Assembly: GCA_040326155.1 (NCBI GenBank)
Contig: JBEQLE010000002.1
Location: 32,001-96,000 of the forward strand
Origin: Leptospirales bacterium
GTDB lineage: Bacteria; Spirochaetota; Leptospiria; Turneriellales; JAOUFE01
DNA: 64,000 nucleotides
Direction of reading: 5' to 3'
Part shown: in pieces, positions 21,492-31,075 of the stretch
Position numbering within the stretch: position 1 is the first letter of the stretch
Layout of the letters: every line of letters starts with the position of its first letter
The notes under the pieces: model-generated
Told to the model about the DNA's origin: nothing
Databases searched by the model: none
Seen by the model: the letters and a program-made list of their open reading frames with translations, nothing else
Program-made: the position numbers and the translations under genes

Positions 21492-22465
21492 AAAATTGGT
21501 TAATTACAGGCGGGTGCGGTTTTATCGGAACCGCCCTCATCACTAGAATTTTAAAAGAGAATCCAGAAGCGGGAATTCGCGTACTGGATAATCTATCGGT
21601 TGGGTCCAGAAACGACCTATCGGCAGTAGGGGAATTTAAAGAAATTATTGTTGCAGATACAAATGGTTCACCACAAGGCATTGAACTTCTCGTTGGCGAT
21701 ATTCGAGATATTTTTGAATGTAAAACCGCTGCAACGGGAGTTGACGTAATTGTACACCTGGCCGCAAATACAGGGGTCGGGCCGTCGGTTGAAAACCCCG
21801 TTTTTGACATGGAGTGTAACGTAAATGGTACGCTCAATATGCTGGAGGCAGCGCGTGAGAAAAGTATTGCGCAGTTTGTTTTTGCATCATCGGGAGCCCC
21901 GGTCGGTGAAGTTGAACCTCCTATTCATGAAGAGATCGCACCTCATCCGGTTTCGCCCTATGGGGCCAGTAAACTTGCCGGTGAAGGATATTGTTCAGCG
22001 TATTTTCAAACTTTCGAGGTGCGTACCGTTGCTTTGCGTTTTGGAAATGTCTATGGACCCGGCTCGAAACATAAGTCCAGCGTTGTGGCAAAATTTATAA
22101 GGCAGGCTCTGGAAGGAGAGACTTGTGAAGTATACGGCGACGGAAAACAAACTCGCGACTTTATCTATATAGACGATTTACTCGAAGCCGTTATACTAGC
22201 AGCCGAATTTGAAGATGGCGGCGAGGTGTTTCAAATTGCCACCAGCCGGGAAAGCACCGTAAACGAAGTCGTTGAAATGATTAAGCAAGAGCTAAAAGAA
22301 ATTGGCAACATCGATATGAAATTAGTATACGGAGAACGCCGGTTAGGCGATGTCTTGCGTAATTTTTCCGACACAACGAAAGCAAAAAATGTACTGGGCT
22401 GGGACCCTGAACACACTTTAAAAGACGGAATTCAAAAAACCGTTCGGTACTTTTTACCAGAATAG
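21485..22465 (+). CDS. NAD-dependent epimerase/dehydratase
   Basis: ITGGCGFIG, YGASK and RFGNVYGP. Confidence 0.9.
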   Translation: MVKNWLITGGCGFIGTALITRILKENPEAGIRVLDNLSVGSRNDLSAVGEFKEIIVADTNGSPQGIELLVGDIRDIFECKTAATGVDVIVHLAANTGVGPSVENPVFDMECNVNGTLNMLEAAREKSIAQFVFASSGAPVGEVEPPIHEEIAPHPVSPYGASKLAGEGYCSAYFQTFEVRTVALRFGNVYGPGSKHKSSVVAKFIRQALEGETCEVYGDGKQTRDFIYIDDLLEAVILAAEFEDGGEVFQIATSRESTVNEVVEMIKQELKEIGNIDMKLVYGERRLGDVLRNFSDTTKAKNVLGWDPEHTLKDGIQKTVRYFLPE

Positions 22466-22746
22466 ATTGAAACGGATTTTTTTGTCCGCTCTTTATACCT
22501 GACAAAAAAAATAACATACCTCAGGATAGTAAAATTATACGCGGATGAGCCGAGAACGGAAAAATTGTACCAACCGCAATGTCGAAATATTATTTTCGTA
22601 TCGGCAGACAATATGATATTGCCAGGCAAAAGTGATCTGCCATAAAGTGTTTCTGATTAAGCTTTACTCAAAAACGAAACAGCGCTAAATACGATTAACA
22701 AGATGATTTTAAACTCCACCCCCGAATAATCAGATCTTGAATATTT

Positions 22747-23853
22747 ATGAATAAAAGAATTAAAACGCTCTTTATACGGCCCAACGCGATAAATGATCAC
22801 CAACTTTCTGCGATGGATCACTTTGCGATTGAAGCCTCAAAATCTGGTAAGTATGAAATTTATTTTCGAGGCTCCAGGCCGACGAAAACGGAAAATTTGA
22901 ATATTAAATACCTGGGTAATTATCCGGTTCGAAAAACTCCGGTGTCCGCTCTGAATTATTTTCTCAGCGCTATATCTGTCGCTTCCCAATGCAAAAATAT
23001 CGGCCCCGATCTTGTCCATATTAAATATCACAGAGCTGCCAGATTTCTTGCTCAGTTAATTCGCTGGAAAGTTCCCAAAGCTAAAATTGTACTGGATATT
23101 CGAACCTTACACACAACGCAAAAGATTTATGAGAAAATGAAACAAAGCGTCATAAAAACCAGTCGTTTGTTTGATTATATATTTGCTCTGAACCAGGATA
23201 TTCTGGATGAATATACGGACTCTTCGGTACCGGCGTCGCTTTTACCGCTTGGTTATGATCCTGCTGTTTTCTTTCTTCCCGATAAACCGCTTAAACGAAA
23301 AAAACTTTCTACTTTAAAATGTATCTATTATGGTTCGATGAATCGGCAAAGGACTCTGGAGGTTCTTATTTTCGGACTTTTGTATGCGCTGGAGCAAGGC
23401 GCTTTGGTTGAAGCCTCTTTTTTTGGTGGAGGAGACGACAAAAGTCGGTTGGAATCGTTGGTACCGGAGAAATATGCCAATTGTATAACATTTCATAAAT
23501 CAATACCTGCTGAACAACTTACGTCTTTTATGCACCAGTCTCATGTCGGGTTAGCGTATGTTCCCGTGAATAATTTGTTTGACCCGAATTTGCCTTTGAA
23601 AACAATCGAGATGGCAGCCACCGGAATTCCAATTCTGGCAACTGGTACAAGGGGCAATTCTTTGATTATAAGGCAGAATATAAATGGCAGGCTGGTCGAT
23701 GACAATGCAAAGGCAATCGGCAAAGAATTGCTGAATATTTATAAGACTGGTTTTTCTTTACGGGGAGAAACCGTGAATTTAAAAGAGTATCAATGGGCGG
23801 CATTAACTGAAACGTATTTATTGCCCGTTTACAAAAAATTAGTTAAGGAATAA
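22747..23853 (+). CDS. Glycosyltransferase family 4
   Basis: PDLVH, YYGSM and PLKTIEMAATG. Confidence 0.85.
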   Translation: MNKRIKTLFIRPNAINDHQLSAMDHFAIEASKSGKYEIYFRGSRPTKTENLNIKYLGNYPVRKTPVSALNYFLSAISVASQCKNIGPDLVHIKYHRAARFLAQLIRWKVPKAKIVLDIRTLHTTQKIYEKMKQSVIKTSRLFDYIFALNQDILDEYTDSSVPASLLPLGYDPAVFFLPDKPLKRKKLSTLKCIYYGSMNRQRTLEVLIFGLLYALEQGALVEASFFGGGDDKSRLESLVPEKYANCITFHKSIPAEQLTSFMHQSHVGLAYVPVNNLFDPNLPLKTIEMAATGIPILATGTRGNSLIIRQNINGRLVDDNAKAIGKELLNIYKTGFSLRGETVNLKEYQWAALTETYLLPVYKKLVKE

Positions 23854-23866
23854 TGTTAATATCAGC

Positions 23867-24757
23867 ATGAAACTATATAAGTATTATAATTTATTTTCAC
23901 GATGGAGCTTCAGCAAAAAGGTATTCAATTTTTTAATACGGCGTACTTTTTTTCAAAAAGTAATCGGATTATTTTCAAAACCTGTTGAGCCTGAGAAATG
24001 GGTTTTTATTTTGGGTTGTTATAACTCTGGAAGTACTTTATTAAGTCAAATTCTCGGTGCTCACGATTCGATGTCCAGCCTGCCGATTGAAGGAGTTTTT
24101 TTAACGGAACAACTGCCTTCGCCTGAAGATTACGGGTGGCCTCGAATGTGGATAAAGTGCAGCGACAAAGTCGGTTTGTCCGGTTTTTCCGAAGAGCAGT
24201 TGGCCCAAAAAGCCCGGAAAGTAAAAAAGCAGTGGTCGAGTTGGTTCAACCCATCCAAAAAAATCTACGTAGAAAAATCAATCGCAAACGCAGCGCGAAT
24301 CGGTTTTTTCAACAAACAGTTTAGTTCGGCATATTTTATACATATAGTCAGAAACGGTTACGCTGTATCCAGGGGCATACAAAAAAAAGCGAATCCCGCA
24401 AAGTGGGGAAATCGTGAATTTGGCGACTCCTACCCACTGGATATGTGTGCCAGACAGTGGGCTGAAACCGACGAGACAATTCGAAAAGCAAAACCAGAGC
24501 TTAATCACTATTTGCAGATCTCTTATGAAGATTTAAGTGACCGTTCCATGGAGACGCTGAATAAAATTACGAAATTTTTAGGCGTGGGGCCGTTCGATAA
24601 ATCGGTTCTGGAGGTAGAGTGGAATTTTGGCTCTGTTACATCAAAGTTGAAAAACATGAATTTTCTGGTTCTCGATAAGATTTCGCCAGAGGAAAAAAGG
24701 GAAGTCCGAAAAGAGGGCAAAGAGATTCTAAAAAAGTATGGCTACGAAAAAAAGTAA
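23867..24757 (+). CDS. Sulfotransferase (Sulfotransfer_3 type)
   Basis: LGCYNSGSTLL, EKS, IVRNG, SYEDL and KFLG. Confidence 0.85.
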   Translation: MKLYKYYNLFSRWSFSKKVFNFLIRRTFFQKVIGLFSKPVEPEKWVFILGCYNSGSTLLSQILGAHDSMSSLPIEGVFLTEQLPSPEDYGWPRMWIKCSDKVGLSGFSEEQLAQKARKVKKQWSSWFNPSKKIYVEKSIANAARIGFFNKQFSSAYFIHIVRNGYAVSRGIQKKANPAKWGNREFGDSYPLDMCARQWAETDETIRKAKPELNHYLQISYEDLSDRSMETLNKITKFLGVGPFDKSVLEVEWNFGSVTSKLKNMNFLVLDKISPEEKREVRKEGKEILKKYGYEKK

Positions 24758-25670
24758 AAAACAGGTTTTTATAACAGGCGATGTTCACGATTCGCAGTTG
24801 CGAGGCTATGACAGCAAATGGTTAAAACGTTATCACAAGATGGACGAAATCGACTGCGCCTTGAAATATGGAGAATTGGCAGAAAAATATAAAATTCCGG
24901 TTACGCTTTTTTTTACCGGCAGATGTTTATCAGAACAAAAACGGATGCAATCTTTGCAGTTAAATTCATTCGTTGAATTCGGAGCTCATACATACAACGC
25001 ACTCCAACCATCCTGGCTGCACCTGATATTCAAATTATTTCTAAAGTCTTATTACGGTCCGCTTAAATTCCAGCTTCGGGACATTCTAAAAACACAAAAA
25101 ATATTCCGGAATTTCAACGGCGATAATATTCAACTGTGGCGAACACACGCCTACCAGTCAAACAACAATACATTAGACATATTGCGCGATCAAAGTTTTA
25201 AGGTCATCTCGGATGACGTTCGCTTGGACGGATCTGAAATATCACAAGTTCGAAACGGGTTGTACTCTGTGCCGATTAACACTCCGCCCGATCATGAGAA
25301 TCTATACCATGGTTTTTTTAATGAGACAAGATTAAAAGAGAACAAAATGTTGATGCATAGCCTCGGGTCAATATTTCGTGTAAGTCCCACTGCGGCAAAT
25401 GGTATACGTTTCACAAAAGAGCTCATTAAAAAATTGCTCGGACGTCGTCCGAAAGTCGATTTGACCAAACCTGTCGCTTACAGTGTTACGGACTATTTTT
25501 CCCACTTGAAAAAAGAAACAGAAGAGGCCCTGGCGCGCGACGGGTATGCCATGATTTTACTGCATCCGGGTTGTATGGAAATCGCCGATAAAATGAACGG
25601 TTTAGAAGATTTTTTTCTATACCTGGGAAAATTCAATGTCTCTTTTTTAGGCGACGCTGAATTGCGTTGA
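24738..25670 (+). CDS. Polysaccharide deacetylase-like protein
   Basis: ITGDVHD, PVTLFFTG, EFGAHTY and LLHP. Confidence 0.75.
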   Translation: MATKKSKKQVFITGDVHDSQLRGYDSKWLKRYHKMDEIDCALKYGELAEKYKIPVTLFFTGRCLSEQKRMQSLQLNSFVEFGAHTYNALQPSWLHLIFKLFLKSYYGPLKFQLRDILKTQKIFRNFNGDNIQLWRTHAYQSNNNTLDILRDQSFKVISDDVRLDGSEISQVRNGLYSVPINTPPDHENLYHGFFNETRLKENKMLMHSLGSIFRVSPTAANGIRFTKELIKKLLGRRPKVDLTKPVAYSVTDYFSHLKKETEEALARDGYAMILLHPGCMEIADKMNGLEDFFLYLGKFNVSFLGDAELR

Positions 25671-26114
25671 AGTAATTTGCAATCCAATCTCCTTTGGCTT
25701 GATTCGTCTTAAAGCGAAATCAACTTTATGAATTATTTCCTGAATATTTAAACCGTTTCTAATTTGAACAATCGAATGAATACTGATCTCGATAGTTACG
25801 ACTAGACCGTGTATCCTGTAATGATTATTTGATTTAGTGCGCATGGTAACCCTTGCATCGCTGTTTCATGGGCAATGGATATTACCGGAAAAACCTGGCC
25901 GTAGAATATCTTTTTCCGGTTTACGAAAAATTGGTCTCTTCTCAGTGAATATGAAGTTTGGAACCAATGAATAAAATAGACTTAAAAAATAAATCGCTCC
26001 TGGTTGTTGTCAACCACCATTTGCTCTATAATGGGACTAGCTACTACTCTTCGAATTCACTGTTCTTTAAGTTTTTGAATCAGTTGTATCGATAGCCTGA
26101 ACCACGATCTTGTT

Positions 26115-26823
26115 TTATAAGTTCTGTTTCAGAAGTTTAAGAACATAAGGCATATAATAAGCGCGACCATTATCATTTAAATGAGCTTGGTCTGCAAAAT
26201 AAATATCATTTTTAATAAGCATGTTTTCGGGAATTCGTATATGAGCTAAATTCATATATTTCTCTTCCAGCTCTGCCATTTTTTTGTTAATAACAGGGTT
26301 ATACTGGGGTTGGGGTAAATCCAGAATGATCAGTTTAATTCCTTTTTGTTCACATAACAAGTACAACTCTTCGAGTAAATGGAAACTTATGTCCGTCCAA
26401 TTCTGGTCGGAAGTTATCGATTTTTTTTCTTTGTAGCTGATTTGACCAAGCTTGTTTTGTTAAATCATCCCACGTTTCCGTGCGAACTTTATTTCGATAT
26501 CTTTTCTTGTTTTGTGGCATTACCTCTGTGTTGTGCGGCAAGTTTTGAGACTTAGCATATGGAAAATTTCGTTTTATAAATTTAGTGGAACTTTTTAGAT
26601 AGTATATATACGGATTTATTAGCCGGACTATTTTGTAGGATAGTTTAATATCGTCTTTTTTCAATCCGTATAATTCCGTGAATCTATTTTGCCTCAAATT
26701 GGGTATATCTTTTGAACTTTTTTCCGGTGTTTGTTCTTTTTGTCGAGTGGTTGTTTTATAGAGGTAAAAAACAAAAGATGAAAATAATAGAAATATGAAA
26801 ACATGAATGACAGTAGATAACAT
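26115..26823 (-). pseudogene. Internally deleted, frameshifted paralog of the SGNH/DltD-like gene at 31349-32545
   Basis: Shares INPY, YRNKVR, LYLLCEQKG, IILDLPQ, YFAD..HLND.GRAYY.PY with 31349-32545. Split across two frames near 26400-26460. The GGSS block is missing. Confidence 0.8.
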
Positions 26824-26976
26824 AATAGTTATAGTTCACGCGATAGAATGATAAAACAACCTGTACTGTTAAGTGGCTCGTTTATGGAAGGGGGCGGGTA
26901 TTTTTCCTTCGTACTCTTGCCGCTCAAACTCCTGAACTATGTATTGACAACATGATCCCAAAAGGAATAAGTTCAT

Positions 26977-28377
26977 ATGAATACCGTTGTTAAAATTATA
27001 GGTCTAGTCGGTTCCATTCGTTCAAACCACAATCATTTGGATGAGCTTTCTCAGATCATCCATGTGTCTGCAGATCTTGATACGCTTTTGAAAAACATCA
27101 AGGCTTGCCCTCATGTGTTTTCAAATACCGATATTGCTGTAGCAGCAGCACTCATGGGGGCAAAAAGTAACGGCGCCGCCGTTGAAATTATTTCTCTCGT
27201 TGATTTGTTCCGCCACCGGAGCGAAGATTTATACAAAGAACTGGATAGCTTTGCGACGATCGATGATCTTGATGAAATTGACACGTTATCCATTAATGAT
27301 AAAGCCCTTGTTTCGATTATGCAATCCCTGACAGAGTGTCATGGTATCATCCTCGGGTCTCCCGTTTATTTCGGAGATCGTTCTTCGGTCGCGAATAAAA
27401 TTCTTCAACTGACCGGTAAATCTGATATTTTGAAAGATAAAGCTTTTGGGTCGGTTGCCACCGGTGCGAAGCGAAATGGGGGTCAGGAGACGACAATTAT
27501 TTACACGCTATACGAAGCCATCCTTCAAGGAGCAGTTGCCGTGGGCAATGGGCCAAAAACAGCTCAGTACGGTGGGACCGTATATGCCGGCGATGTCGGT
27601 AAGGCCGTTGAAGACGTCTTCGGTATGGATACCTCTTTTGGAACGGGTCGTCAGGTCGCGCAGCTGGCAAAAATTATTCAAGCCGGTACGATCAGTCCGG
27701 CAAAGCGAAAACCCAAAACCCTGTTTTTAGTAACTATGGACAATGCCGAAAAAAAATATCAGAAAACTCTGGAAGATTATATTAAAAAGCAAAAACATGA
27801 GTTTGACCATGAAGTTGTTAACCTGACTACGGAAAATATTTATCGGTGTATTGCCTGCAGTGCCTGTCCCTCGCCTGCTTTAACCGAAAAGTATAAAGAT
27901 CAGGAAAATCCATATACTTGTGTCGTCCAAACTTCGAAAGATAATATGAAGTATCTGCGGGAAAAAATGGTAGATGTCGACGTTATCGTTCTAGTTGGAG
28001 TAAATACCAATGAACCGCTTACATATCGCTACCAGGCTTTTATGGAGAGGACCAGGTTTATACGACGTAACGATTTCGAGCTTACGAATAAAATTATTCT
28101 GAGTTTAAATATTGAGGAAGTCGGGGCGACTAAGAACAATATTTTTGACGTTAAGGCAATTACGTCTTTTATTCGTCATAATACCGTCATTGTGAAACCG
28201 TTACAGTTGATTTTTCACAAGGGTAAAATTCTGGTAGAACCTGATTTCGCAGAATATTTCCCCATTTTTGATAAAATTGTAAATGGACGTTTTGAAATCG
28301 ATCCTTTTGAAGTGAGTTATAAAGCGACAGGGTATGATAACAAAACACTGGACCATACTGCGGCAATCCGAAGGTAA
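26977..28377 (+). CDS. Tandem-domain flavodoxin-like / iron-sulfur flavoprotein (Isf-like)
   Basis: Domain 1 has GSIRS, GSPVYFG and RNGGQETT. Domain 2 has CIACSAC...C. Confidence 0.75.
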   Translation: MNTVVKIIGLVGSIRSNHNHLDELSQIIHVSADLDTLLKNIKACPHVFSNTDIAVAAALMGAKSNGAAVEIISLVDLFRHRSEDLYKELDSFATIDDLDEIDTLSINDKALVSIMQSLTECHGIILGSPVYFGDRSSVANKILQLTGKSDILKDKAFGSVATGAKRNGGQETTIIYTLYEAILQGAVAVGNGPKTAQYGGTVYAGDVGKAVEDVFGMDTSFGTGRQVAQLAKIIQAGTISPAKRKPKTLFLVTMDNAEKKYQKTLEDYIKKQKHEFDHEVVNLTTENIYRCIACSACPSPALTEKYKDQENPYTCVVQTSKDNMKYLREKMVDVDVIVLVGVNTNEPLTYRYQAFMERTRFIRRNDFELTNKIILSLNIEEVGATKNNIFDVKAITSFIRHNTVIVKPLQLIFHKGKILVEPDFAEYFPIFDKIVNGRFEIDPFEVSYKATGYDNKTLDHTAAIRR

Positions 28378-28381
28378 TTGT

Positions 28382-28504
28382 TTAGAAACCCATATAACGA
28401 AACGGGCGAAAACCGGCATTTTTCATGAGTACAACGATGAGAACTACCCAGTATAAGATAGAAAAAAGAAATCCGTAAAACAATGACCTGAATAATAATT
28501 TCAT
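28382..28504 (-). CDS. DltX-like 40-aa membrane peptide (not in the ORF track)
   Basis: Manual translation gives MKLLFRSLFYGFLFSILYWVVLIVVLMKNAGFRPFRYMGF*. It has a GGAG RBS right after the MBOAT stop, one TM helix and a C-terminal FxYxxF motif. Confidence 0.85.
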   Translation of the reverse strand: MKLLFRSLFYGFLFSILYWVVLIVVLMKNAGFRPFRYMGF

Positions 28505-28513
28505 AGTTTCTCC

Positions 28514-29728
28514 TTAATTAAACAGAATTGCAAACGCGTAAGAATACAACTTTACTACAACCTGAAAATCGTGTACGGCTACCATCACAAACACAAATGA
28601 AACAAAATATATTGTAATTATATTACCGGTAATGCGCAGGAACAATGCGCCTGCCTTGTTGTTTTTCATCCGTTTAAACCATCTCATTTCCCGAATTTTA
28701 CCGTAAAAGTTGATTCCAGTTGCATGTAATATTGCCCAGGTTATCCAGTTTAATGTTAATGCGTGCCATATTCCGATGGTCAACATGCTCAGGTAGGTCG
28801 ATATCCAGGCTTTTTTAGTTTTAATTAAGGCTGGAAAAAAAACATAGTCTCGTGTCCAGTTTGATAAAGACATGTGCCACCTTTGCCAGAACATGGAAAG
28901 GTTGCTTGCCAACAGAGGTTTGTTAAAATTTTCCTGATGGGTAAAACCCAGTAATTTAGAAAAAGATTTACTGATTTCCGTATACAACATTAAATCGAAG
29001 TAGGCATGGATGAAAGCGCTAAAACCAAAAAGTGAGAGTTTCAGAAAAAACAAATGGTCTTTCCCACTATCCATATTTTGCATTAGTAAAGGTAACGTTT
29101 TCTCGTATGTGTATTGGTATAAATAATTATCGATAAGCAAAAATTTCACACTTATGGCGGTAAATAGTAAAAGGTAAATATTACGACGGGGCTTTCCGGA
29201 AAACTGTGTTTCGAGATATTTAAAGTCACGAAATCTTTGAATAGGGCCGGCCAGTATTATTGGGAAGAAAAAGACGTATGAATAATAATCTATCGGGTTT
29301 ATATTTTCGAACTCCTTCGGACGATTCGCATAATCAATCATCATCGATAATAACCTGAAATAGTAATAAGAGACGCCTAAAGGTATATATGGATTTTCAA
29401 TGTTCAGAAAATACTGGTAATCTTTTATCAGTAACAAGAGCCCGATGGAGCATAAGACAAACAGAGATAACTTTTTTTTAATCTGTATTTTTTTGTATAT
29501 AAGAATATAAACAATGGTTGATAATAACAGCAGTTGAAAAAATGACCCTACGTCGAGCCAGATTAGAAGTCCACCGGAGATGATAATGATAAGGGACTTT
29601 TTTTTATGGATATTTTCATTTTTAAAAGACCATTCAAGAAAAATGATAATAGATATTACAATAATGATAAAAAAGATTATAAGGTTATCGCCCAGAAAAT
29701 CTGCAATTTCTAAAATAGTTTCCAGCAT
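28514..29728 (-). CDS. MBOAT O-acyltransferase (DltB/AlgI-like)
   Basis: PLGVSYY, AGPIQR, ENFNKP, FWQRWHMSLS and catalytic GIWH. Confidence 0.93.
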   Translation of the reverse strand: MLETILEIADFLGDNLIIFFIIIVISIIIFLEWSFKNENIHKKKSLIIIISGGLLIWLDVGSFFQLLLLSTIVYILIYKKIQIKKKLSLFVLCSIGLLLLIKDYQYFLNIENPYIPLGVSYYYFRLLSMMIDYANRPKEFENINPIDYYSYVFFFPIILAGPIQRFRDFKYLETQFSGKPRRNIYLLLFTAISVKFLLIDNYLYQYTYEKTLPLLMQNMDSGKDHLFFLKLSLFGFSAFIHAYFDLMLYTEISKSFSKLLGFTHQENFNKPLLASNLSMFWQRWHMSLSNWTRDYVFFPALIKTKKAWISTYLSMLTIGIWHALTLNWITWAILHATGINFYGKIREMRWFKRMKNNKAGALFLRITGNIITIYFVSFVFVMVAVHDFQVVVKLYSYAFAILFN

Positions 29729-29734
29729 AATTTT

Positions 29735-31075
29735 CTATAACGGTTTTAAGTCTTTTAAAAGCCGACCAATTTCCTTTCTATCAATTTTCATCGTCTGGGT
29801 AAAAGGAAAATTTTCCATGGTGTAATATTTATGCGGCAACTCGTTATTTTCAAGTTTACCCTTAAGTTTTTTAATAAGTTCTGAGCGTCCTATTCCGCAA
29901 TCTCCTTCAAACACAAGGCAGATTAAATTTCCCAAGGTGGGGTGTTCCTGCGGGACCACAGCGATGCCGGTCTCGGGAAAAATTTCCGTTACCTTGCCCT
30001 CGATGTGTTTCAAAGAGACTTTATTGCCCCCGACTTTTATTTCATCGTCGCTTCGACCTGCCAGGACCATCACCCCATGGTCTGTTTTAACAATGTCGCC
30101 AGTTGCATGCCACTGTATGGATTTGTCAAAAATGCCGTTGCGAATATATCCCTGGAACAGGAAATCTGACTTTACGTACAACTGCCCTTCTCTGGTCTCG
30201 TACTCCATTCCCTCTATGCAATTGCCGATTCCGTCAATAAGTTCGGGAGCCATCGACGAGTTTACCGGTTGAATAAAAAAGCGACCACCGAGTTCGGCCA
30301 GCCCGTAGACTTTGAAAAAAACAGCTTCGGGAAATTTTGACAGAATACTTGTGATGGAATTTTTATAAATAAAATCTCCGGATGTAAAAAAGAATGCCGG
30401 TTTATAATTCGGTTTGATTTTCGCCAGCGACATTAGTATGTGCATGGGAGAACCCAAAATGGAACAATTTTCATTTTTTTCCAGTATTTCGGGAAGAGAA
30501 TCAATATGATCGAAATCGGAAAAAATTAAAAAACTTTCGGTAATATAATGAACAAGAAAATGACTCAATGCACTCATCAGGTAAGGTTTAAGCATGGTAA
30601 TTCCGGTGAAACCCGAAAGGCCCATCGCGCTTGCCGTTTCTCTGGCATTGTCAAAAAAGTGTTTTTTTACATGGACAATCCCTTTGGGGGTTCCCGTGCT
30701 TCCGGATGAAAAGATGATGGTATCAAAATCTATTTTTTCCATTGCCTCGACTTCCGTGAAATCGGGGTTTTCAGTGATTTGAATTTTTTCATCATTGTAT
30801 TGTATAACGTGAGTGTAGTGTGGAAATATTTTTTTTCCCTGAAAGTGATCTCTTGTCGGGAAAATGACTTTGGCATCGGCTTTCCACGCGGCAAATAATA
30901 TTGTATATAACTCTATTGGGTTTTCAGTGGCGATTAAATAAAAACGTTCGGGAGCCGACGGTATGGCTCCGGTCAATAGGTTGACACGTTCGGAAAACTC
31001 GGTGTCAGTCATCGATGTATCACGATACTGAATCAGTTTCCGGTTTTCGTGTTTGCTTAACAGTTGATCAAGCAT
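29735..31075 (-). CDS. Adenylate-forming enzyme (ANL family; DltA position)
   Basis: FSSGSTGTPKG, YGLAE, TGD, GRSDDEIKVGG and TMKIDR. Confidence 0.9.
   Translation of the reverse strand: MLDQLLSKHENRKLIQYRDTSMTDTEFSERVNLLTGAIPSAPERFYLIATENPIELYTILFAAWKADAKVIFPTRDHFQGKKIFPHYTHVIQYNDEKIQITENPDFTEVEAMEKIDFDTIIFSSGSTGTPKGIVHVKKHFFDNARETASAMGLSGFTGITMLKPYLMSALSHFLVHYITESFLIFSDFDHIDSLPEILEKNENCSILGSPMHILMSLAKIKPNYKPAFFFTSGDFIYKNSITSILSKFPEAVFFKVYGLAELGGRFFIQPVNSSMAPELIDGIGNCIEGMEYETREGQLYVKSDFLFQGYIRNGIFDKSIQWHATGDIVKTDHGVMVLAGRSDDEIKVGGNKVSLKHIEGKVTEIFPETGIAVVPQEHPTLGNLICLVFEGDCGIGRSELIKKLKGKLENNELPHKYYTMENFPFTQTMKIDRKEIGRLLKDLKPL

Noticed and set aside
22466..22746. 280-bp gap inside the glycan locus
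   Set aside because: Only short ORFs and a weak hairpin; no recognisable RNA gene or IS end.
25647..25844. 65-aa minus-strand ORF
   Set aside because: No recognisable motif or clear RBS, and it overlaps the deacetylase 3' end. It cannot be supported, though it is not excluded.
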